Of a stretch of 64,000 bases of DNA, positions 54,922-64,000 are shown one piece after another. Origin of the DNA: Octopus vulgaris (Eukaryota); assembly GCA_951406725.2 (NCBI GenBank), contig OX597814.1, positions 125,240,001 to 125,304,000 on the forward strand. The letters run 5' to 3'. Every line of letters begins with the position of its first letter. Position 1 is the stretch's first letter. The position numbers and the translations under genes are program-made. Under the pieces are notes generated by a model. It saw only the letters and a program-made list of their open reading frames with translations, searched no databases and was not told the DNA's origin.

Positions 54922-55172
54922 AGTTGTATTTCGGGATGGTCATCATTGTTTTTGCCAAATAAAGACACGCACTATATATTCGTTCTTCACTCGTTTATTA
55001 CTGTTCTTATTTTTTTTAACTCATGTCCATTGTCCGTAAATCTGTTGTCACACATCTGTGACCGCTTCAGCGACTCTTTCTGTCCTCGTGTGTGCTCATG
55101 CTCCGCTTAGTTCATTCTTAAGAACAGGATGGACTAAAATAAACAAACAAATGACCAGCCTGAAATACAGCA
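54922..55172. mobile_element. Probable solo LTR (Gypsy-like)
   Basis: Terminal inverted repeats (a)gttgtatttcgggatggtcat / atgaccagcctgaaatacagca, 4-bp ATAT flanks, internal AATAAA. Confidence 0.5.
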
Positions 55173-55230
55173 ATATCTGTTTCAACACACGGTTTCACAT
55201 CGGGAATCTTGCAACACAAATTCATAAACA

Positions 55231-55293
<63 letters not shown>

Positions 55294-55402
55294 TAAGCAA
55301 TAAAGGGTTTAGCAACGAATTGCCTTACCACAGACCGAATTTAGAAATAGCAGTCAAAGAGTTATAGCTATTTCTACTACTAAAAAGGGAGAAGTAGAAA
55401 TA

Positions 55403-55503
55403 AAGAATATTATTGACAGTGACTTCGAAGTTTCGACCAATTAAGCCGTCGTCAACGATGGCTGAACTGGCCGAAACTTCGAAGTCATTGTCAATATATT
55501 CTT
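55403..55503. repeat. Palindrome with hammerhead-like relic (Penelope-like inverted pLTR)
   Basis: Arms aagaatat..gacttcgaagtttcg / cgaaacttcgaagtc..atattctt; motif caacga-tggc..gcc-gaaa-cttcgaag-tc. Confidence 0.55.
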
Positions 55504-55597
55504 GTTCAAGAAAGATAAATATGTCCTTTGCAAAAGTATAGAGCAACCCATCAAATTGACGTAAAATTGTTTTTATTATAACTGAACATAAAAAAAA

Positions 55598-56038
55598 GAC
55601 ATTTATACCTATAATTATTGGGCCCCTGGGATATGTAACACACTGCCTAAATACCAATCTTGATAAATTAAGCTTCTCAAAACCAGAAAGGAGAAAGCTA
55701 ATTCGAAGACTACAGATCCAATCCATCTCTGGAACTGTAAAAATCTGTAACACTTTCCAGAAGTTTAACATCTAAATACATATGAACATGTCCAGATATG
55801 TAACATTATGCATGAGAATACATACATAAACATACAAATCTGCACATACATACATACATACATTCATACATACATGCATACATACATACATGTATGCATG
55901 CACACATATACATACATACATACATACATACATACATACATACATACATACATACAAAATATCGTGTTGTTGATGCTGAAATTCTAATGAATGACCCTTG
56001 GATTTAGGTTAGAAACTGGTTCTTTCTCTATTGGCAAC

Positions 56039-56040
<2 letters not shown>
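55598..56040 (+). mobile_element. RLE non-LTR retrotransposon 3' fragment (CATA-associated family)
   Basis: FIPIIIGPLGYV..LIRRLQIQSISGTVKICNTFQKFNI* (stop 55773-55775), with a 3' UTR shared with 61945-62265. Confidence 0.7.
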
Positions 56041-56078
<38 letters not shown>

Positions 56079-56192
56079 TATATAGAAGGATACAGGACTA
56101 GAACTGTTTCATTCAAGAGAAATCTTCAGGAAGCTACAACTATAATAAATATATATGTATTGAGTACCTTATTTATAACCCCGAATCAACCC

Positions 56193-56238
<46 letters not shown>

Positions 56239-57568
56239 GTATATTATATTATACAAATTAACTAGGCCTCTGGAGAAAAAGTTGAACAATTGTCGTGCTG
56301 ATGAAGCCTATTGTTGACGGCTTTTCTCCTATCTCTTGACAAGCCTTCTTTTTTTTTCGTTAATGGCTTGTCATATTTGGAGGATTCTTTACTCTGGTGA
56401 TTATCTCCTCTTCTCAAGTAGAGCTGGTCTTTAATTACCATTTGACAATTATGATACATTCTCTAGAGTCGAAGATAGTTTTAACAAATCAAGAATATAT
56501 GTTGTGTAATATTTAATATGCTTATATTGCTGTATGTTCTTCGAATACATGTTACAGGCTACTTTTAATTATTTTCTTTAGCTCACTTTTGTTTATATAA
56601 GGGAGGGTATCCAAAAGTAAACGAAAATGTTCCTTGTGGGACAAACACGTTGTTTTTCAGGCTTTTATGCCGTTTTACTACCTGTATAAATTACTTATGT
56701 TAACCTTGGGCTTACATATGCAAGCATATTATGCTCATAGGATACAGGCAATAACAAAGATAAATTAGAGTTTATCAGGAATCAAATTTAAATTAAGCAG
56801 AACATGGAGGAACCATGATCAACAACAAGTGACTACCATCGATTATTATTTTTTAATACAAAACTTTATCCCATCTAGCAGCTGTTTCTGCCCCCAATGT
56901 CCCACGGTGTTTTCAAAGAAAATTCTGAGAATAATATTCGTCATATTTTGTAAAACATCCGATCTGGAACATGGAGCTTCATCATAATGAAGAAAAATAC
57001 ATAAAATAAAAGAAAAGAAAAGAAGAACCTCGCGTGGAGGAATGTTGGCTTACTATATTTAAATCATAGCATTTTGCAGTGTAACGCTTCAGGCCGTTGA
57101 GCAAATGGCTAAACTAGAAAATTATATTCATGCACATGCGTATACACAAACAACACACGCACCCCCCACATAAACACACTCTCCACACACATACTCATAC
57201 ATACATAGATGCATACATACATACATACATACATACATACATACATACATACATACATACATACATACATACATACATACATACGTACGTACATACACAC
57301 ACACACACACATACACACACATATATATATATATAACAAAGCACCGAAATGTTTACTCACTAATATCTGAGGTTTATTCTTAGCTAATTTCTTATCGGGT
57401 TTACCCAAAATTCCATTGACTTTTTCACCTCCATTTGTTCTGTGACATATTCGCATTTTCTTAGCCACTATTTACAATGATACCCGATTACAATGATACT
57501 GGTAAGGAGACATTTTGTTAGCTTAGAATTTAGAAGTAAGTACATTTGAGACACTGACTTCAAATATA

Positions 57569-59153
57569 CAGTTGCGGCCAAAATGTTCAGAACTGCATTG
57601 TAGGTATAAGTTTTTATCAAAGTTTTTTTAATATTCTATAATTTTCACAGACAATAAATACGATATTAATTATTATTGTGTGAGATTTTGGTGTTATTTG
57701 AGAGGATAATACAAAAGTTATGGATGATTTAGTGATTTACTGCAAAACCCATGGCGGCCAAAATGATCAGAACGGTTGAAAAAATAACAAAATAATCAAA
57801 AATGACAGAGAATACTGGAATTATTTAATATTTAGTGTGAAGCCCTTTAGCTTCAATCACACTTTGACATCTTCGACTGCATGAGGAAATTAAATTTTCA
57901 ATTTCTTGCTAGGTGATCTTATTCCATTCTTCCCGAAGGGCATTCCATAATTGCTCGGTTGTTTTAGGATTTCTGGCTTTCGAACGTTCTCCTAGAATAT
58001 TCCAGACATTTTCAATAGGATTGAGATCTGGGCTTTGAGCAACAATAATCTTTTCAGCCTTGAGAAAGTTCATGACCACCTTAGCCTTGTGACATGGGGC
58101 ATTGTCCTGCATGAATATGGGTGGTCGCTTAGTTGAATTTCTCAGCACAGGCAAGACATGATCTTTAACAAGTTGTTTATAAACTCCTGCATTTACCTTT
58201 CCATGTAATCGCACCAAAGGGCCCACACCATCTCCAGATATCATCCCCCAAACCATGACACTTCCTCCACCGAATTTAAAACTTGTCTTAAGGCATTTAG
58301 GCGACAATTTTCACCTACTTTTCCTATCTGAGCGAAATAACATAAACTTAGATTCATCACGGAAATGCACCGTTTGCCATTTTTCATGAGACCACAACAC
58401 ATGTTCGGTTGCAAAGGTAAGACGACACTTTTTATTCTTGGAGCTGATCAGTGGCTTCACTGCAGGTGCTCTTGCTTGTAGGTCATGTTCAACTAAACGA
58501 CGAGACACAGTTTTTCGAAATAAAGTTTTCTTCAGTACAATGCTCATTTCCCGAGAAACAGCAGCAGCAGTTTTAAATCTGTCCTTTTTAACCAACTTTA
58601 CTATAGCACGATCTTCTCTCTTGGTCGTTTTTCTTGGCCTACCTGTAGACTGTCTTGCTTCACACGAACCACAATCATCGTAGACCTTAAGAATACAGTG
58701 AACAACACTTTTTGACTGGTTAACAATCTTTGCAATAGACCCAATACTTAAATTATCCTTCTTTCGAAGCTTAATAATCTGCTGACGAATTGGTAACGGA
58801 GTAAGTGGCATTATATTAACAAAGTACACTGCAGATATTCTTAGTAATGTTTAGTAAACGAACCGTCAGGTAAACAAATTCAAAACATTAGAGTTCGCCG
58901 GTTAAATATACTAAAACACGGAGTAAAAGCAACCGTTCTGATCATTTTGGCCGCCATTGGTTTTGCAGTAAATCACTAAATCATCCATAACTTTTGTATT
59001 ATCGACTCAAATTACACCAAAATCACAGACAATAACAATTAATATTGTATTTATTGTCTGTGAAAATTATAGAAACTAAAACAACTTTGATAAAAACGTA
59101 TATCTACTTTTCTGGCAAAAACAATGCCGTTCTGAACATTTTGGCCGCAACTG
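57569..59153 (-). mobile_element. Tc1-family DNA transposon with IR/DR ends, near full length
   Basis: TA-flanked ends CAGTTGCGGCCAAAATGTTCAGAAC; inverted repeats of about 210-220 bp with inner direct repeats (57753-57776, 58932-58955). Confidence 0.95.
57825..58811 (-). pseudogene. Tc1 transposase pseudogene (DD34E type)
   Basis: MPLTP..GRPRKTT..EDR; catalytic motifs FRDESKF, MQDNAPCH and SPDLNPIE; terminal HTKY*. Stops at 58311 and 57909. The D-E spacing is 30 because the usual xxWP residues are deleted. Confidence 0.9.
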
Positions 59154-60061
59154 TATAATCAATTTACTTTATCACCTCTAGTTTTGGATAATCAGTAAAC
59201 CCGTTTATATGCTGACGTATCCACTCGTGCGCTGAATTAAGGACACCAGTTACACCTTAAATTGTGGTGTATAAGAAGTTCAACTTATGTCATAAATATT
59301 TAGGGCAATGGTTCCAAAATAGCGTTGATTTTGATGTCCCTCCTCTAATTAATTAATGATCAAAGAGACCTAGTGTAGAGAGGTCATCCTATTTATGGAG
59401 TCGCAAATGGCGACGAGAGGACTTTGATAAACCTAGCTAATTGATTGATTGAACGAACAATTAATTAGACAATAGATTAGGTAATTGGTTAATTGGTTAA
59501 CCAATTAAGAAATAAAAATACAGTGAAATACAACCAATGAGAGTGTTTACTATTTGCATAGTGATCTTCTCCAGATACAACAAAGCAATATTAATTCTAT
59601 CAGAATATTACATTTCATTACAGTTGGAGAAATATTTAACGGAACTTCGTCCGTCTTCACGTTGTGAGTTCAAATTTCGCGGAGGCTGACTTTGCCTTTC
59701 ATCCTTTCAGGGTCGATAAAATAAATACCAGTTGAGTACTGGAGTGTATGTAATCGGCTTACAGCGTTCCCCGAAATTGCTGGCCTTGTGCCAACATTTT
59801 AAATCAATATCATATTTTATTAAAACAACCAAATATTACTGGAGTTTGGGTACTTATGCAGTAATTTCCCTGAATTGATAACTGGAAAGCTTAAAGCAGG
59901 GATTTTTTAAATTCTAATCTCCAAAGAAAAGAAGTTTCCTTCCCTAAATTCAGTAGGTAGCACTGAGATCTGAGCAAGGTCTTGTGAGGGTTCTAGATAT
60001 CAAAAACCTTAATAATCATTAGACAACTTATCCAAATTTGCCATCAAAATGTAGGACAAGA

Positions 60062-60351
60062 TACTGCAATAGCCTGGTCCACAGCTCTTCAATATCCCCC
60101 CGAAGGACCTGAGAGACCTGCATGGGGTGGATGTAGGTGTCTTCAAAATAAAGCTGGACCTCTTCCTGTCAGGTGTCCCAGATGAATCAACTTCGCGGCA
60201 GAAGGTGCAGATGAGGGTAGCTGCATCAAACTCTCTCATGCACCAAATGTCAATTGCTAAAAAGCATTAGTGAAGTAAGATTATGTAGCAACACCAAATG
60301 GCGGTGCCCCAGCATGGCCACAGCTCGTGAGCTGAAACTAGATAAAATAAA
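60062..60351 (+). mobile_element. CR1-type LINE 3' end
   Basis: GPQLFNIPPKDLRDLHGVDVGVFKIKLDLFLSGVPDE plus a 3' UTR homologous to 34583-34860. Confidence 0.8.
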
Positions 60352-60494
60352 ATTAGTAGCAGACATGCTCAACAATTTTAATAAGTTTGGCTGTAATATG
60401 ACATTAGGGTTTATTATTACCAAAGTCATTGAGAAAGCTTTCCAGAAAATCTTGGCGAATTAAGCGAAGACCAAAGAGCATAGAAATATATCAG

Positions 60495-60528
<34 letters not shown>

Positions 60529-60789
60529 GAAAGACAGATGCCAGAGAAAGAGGGATACACACACACGATGGTAGACTACTGTAAGGATGTTCGACGGAAC
60601 TCCTCAATTAAGTCTCATTCTCGAAAGTCGTATAAAAGAAGCTTCTTTGTTTTGAAAGACTGATCGTTTTATATATATATTTTAGCACAATTTTATGATA
60701 GATTTTAATACAGAGTTCCCAAATTTTATGATTGACCAAATTGATTTAGTAATACGTGACATAAATATTATTATAGGAGATTACTATAA

Positions 60790-60992
60790 GCGGCGTGTTG
60801 ACAGAATGATTAACAAAACGTTTAGCGGCATTTCGTCTGTTTTTTATGTTTTGAGTTCAAATTCCGCCGAGGTCGACTTTGCCTTTTATACTTTCGGGGT
60901 CAATAAAATAAGTACCAGTTGTACACTGGAGTGGATTTAATCGACTTAGTCCCTCCCTTAACATTACTGGCCTTGTGCCAAAATAGGAAACC
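60790..60992 (+). mobile_element. SINE family B
   Basis: Core match; a similar copy lies at 59645-59805. Confidence 0.75.
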
Positions 60993-61944
60993 GATATAAG
61001 AATTTATAAGGTCAAAATTGATGCTCTTTTGGGAGTCAGTACGCTAAATGTACCCCCAAAATAGTTTTAAATTCTAAGGCACCAAAATCTAAGATGAAAC
61101 TTGATGTCCCTAACTTTAGTACATAGTTGGATACGTCAGTAATAAAAGTAATATGTTGCATTTGCAAAACTAGAGGTGATGGAGAAAAACTCGTGCTATA
61201 TTTGGAATATTTCAAATATACTCAAGGGCAGGTCAAACTCCTAGGAAAGAGAATCTGTTTGTTAGCCGGTACTATATGTACATAATTAATATAGTAATCG
61301 TCTATTTTGATACCAAAATAATGTCCAAATTAATGTTATTAATATATTATCTGCTGTTAAGATACATATTACAAAATCAATTCATTTTATCACTAATATA
61401 TGTATGGGTCTAATATGTTTGTATTTGTGTGTGCGTGTGTGTCTGTCTGTGTGTCTCTGTGTGTTTGTGTGTGTCTGTGTGTTTGTGTGTGTCTGTGTGT
61501 GTGTGTGTGAGTAATAGACCATATATTCACTTAGATACAAACTTCTACAACGCTATTACATAATACTAAATTAGACAATGACAAGTACACGCATAAATGC
61601 AAAGACACACACGTTCGGACGTCCGTACGCACATACACACATGTATACATTCACACATACATACACGCATACATACATTCACACATACATTCATACATAC
61701 ATACATACATACATACATACATACATACATACATACATACATACATACATACGTAACACACTGCCTTTAGATTTTGGTGCCTTAGAATTTAAAACTATTT
61801 TGGGGTACATTTAGGGTACTGACTCCCAAAAGAGCACCAGTTTTCACCTTGTAATTTCTGATTAATCAGGAATCTCTTATATCGGTTTCCTATTTTGGCA
61901 CATGGCCAGTAATGTTAAGGGAGGGACTAAGTCGATTATACAGA

Positions 61945-62421
61945 CTTTGAGAAGTTAGGCTTCTCAAAACCAGAAAGAAGAAAACTAATTACAAATCCAA
62001 TCCATCACTGGAACTATAAAACTCTGTAAAACTTCCCAGAAGTTTATCATTTTAATATATATGAGCATGTCTAGATATGCAACTATATGCATGAGACTAC
62101 GTAGATGAAGCAAAACATACAAATCTGCACATATACATACATACATACATACAAAAATACCTTGTTGTTGATGTTGAAATTCCAAAGAAGGAGCCTTGGA
62201 TTTAGGTTAGAAACCGGTTCTTTCTCTATTGGCAAGAAATCGTGAAATATAACTGAATAATGCCATACATACATATACACATGCATACATACATACATAC
62301 ATACATACATACATACATACATACATACATACATACATACATACATACATACATACATACATACATACATACATACATACATACATACATACATACATAC
62401 ATACATACATACATACATACA

Positions 62422-62450
<29 letters not shown>
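61945..62450 (+). mobile_element. RLE retrotransposon 3' fragment with long (CATA)n tail
   Basis: Homologous to 55660-56040 and followed by about 180 bp of (CATA)n. A more diverged relative lies at about 62770-62900. Confidence 0.7.
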
Positions 62451-62452
<2 letters not shown>

Positions 62453-63664
62453 CTACATACTGTCTCGATAAAATCTTGGGGAAAAGAGAACATGAATGGA
62501 AACAGCCTCAACGCCAGACTTCGGCGCCTGGGGGTACTTCAAAATACTCTTGGAGGGCACTAATTCGTGATAATAATCCTTAAGTGGAGTTTCGAAATAA
62601 GTAAATCTAGGGGTGCATCATTGAATACTGAGGGCATAATTGCCGTCCAACGCACCCCTTTAGCAATGGGCATGAACGGAGAACTTGTAAGAACCAGTTC
62701 TTATATCCAAGCTATAGATTTTCATTTGTACCTATTATCATGGGTGTCCTGGGCTATGAAACAACTGATTGGCATAAAATCCTAGAAATGCTGAAATTCT
62801 TCATAAATCAACAAAGCAAACTGATTTGCATCCTCCAAATATGACTGAATAGTAGTAAAGCGAATATTTGTAAAACATTCCAAGAATTCTCCATCTGAAA
62901 TTCCGAGACTGTACTTACGCATACAATCGCGTCTTCATATGGCATACACATACATAAACAGTGCAGAAGCACATACATATGATAAGTAAAGTGACATGCA
63001 CACCCACAATATGTGTGCAAATTTATTCTCACATGCATATACATATATGCACGCAAACCAATTAATATCCACAAACCCCCTTGAACTGTCTTGATTTGAA
63101 CGAAAGGTCTTTGGTGTTTTGTTAGCGACCGGCTTGAATTCAGTAAATGAAAGAATGTAAATAAATCCCAAAGATATATCGTACATACAAGCATTCAATA
63201 AATATATACGAATAAGTGTCTTTATTTATATAAACGTATGTGTGTGTGTTTGTGCATGTGTGTGTTTGTGCATGTGTGTGTTTATGTGTGTGTATCTGTG
63301 TGCGTGCTTATGTTCCTGTATGTGTGTGCATGTATTTATACACTTTAGGATTTCAAAATAGAATATTTTACTTACCAAATCCGAAATTATGCAGTCCTCA
63401 TAGGAAATGGTAATAGTCTCCAAGAAAGCGCTTACTTAGATGGGGGTAATAATCAGTTCAGAAGTGTCTGTGTATCTGTATGATATTTTTTTATAGTATG
63501 TCTATATATATATATATGCAATATATATATATATATGTATGTGTGTGTGTATATATATATGTGTGTGTATATATATATATGTATATATATATATATAATT
63601 ATTCGGATGGAGATGTACAATTACCTATACACATTTCCGAATATAATTACATGTGTATATGCAT

Positions 63665-63713
<49 letters not shown>

Positions 63714-64000
63714 ACTAAAACATGTTACAGGTGTAATTCATGAGCAGTGCATGTAGACTGCGTTCTGCATTTGCTTTGAGAGCTAAACGTGTTTGTATAT
63801 ATCGACGTTAACATGACATCTCACCTGCTTAGGAACCTACACACACCTATAGCGTTGGATCTGGTCAACAGGACATATGGCGGGACGAAGGCAAAGGAGA
63901 AGTGACAGCTGACTTTTACAAAATTAAGGTTAAATATTGTTGTAACAAGCTACTGCATGAAAGAGTTATTTAGGCCAGCCAAATGCGTGACAACCTCTCG

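Noticed and set aside
55325-55771. 148-aa minus-strand ORF as a host gene
   Set aside because: It spans the antisense of an RLE retrotransposon fragment and a palindrome.
56090-56140. Hammerhead-like CUGAAGA..GAAA on the minus strand
   Set aside because: Stems I and III cannot be formed convincingly.

Overview
Eukaryotic, AT-rich, microsatellite-saturated DNA. The SINE families and repeat content look like an Octopus (coleoid cephalopod) genome; this is inferred from pattern recognition, not a database search. No intact host protein-coding gene is recognisable, and most listed ORFs are translations of simple repeats. Retroelements: dozens of tRNA-derived SINEs from at least 4 families, decayed RTE and CR1 LINE fragments, several restriction-like-endonuclease (R4/Dong-type) retrotransposons in (TAA)n and (CATA)n tracts, an internally deleted L1/Tx1-like element in an (AAT)n tract, Penelope-like inverted pseudo-LTR remnants with minimal hammerhead-ribozyme motifs, and a solo LTR. 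DNA elements: a near full-length IR/DR Tc1 element (57569-59153), a decayed DD37D-type element, MITEs and a non-autonomous Helitron. A tRNA-iMet pseudogene is also present. The most interesting non-TE signal is a CpG-depleted domain at about 15-24 kb, probably a methylated gene body. It contains candidate minus-strand exons that are each bracketed by inverted repeats, and it ends in a 465-nt imperfect hairpin, suggesting a dsRNA-rich (A-to-I editing, circRNA or hpRNA) transcription unit. Coordinates of decayed elements are approximate.
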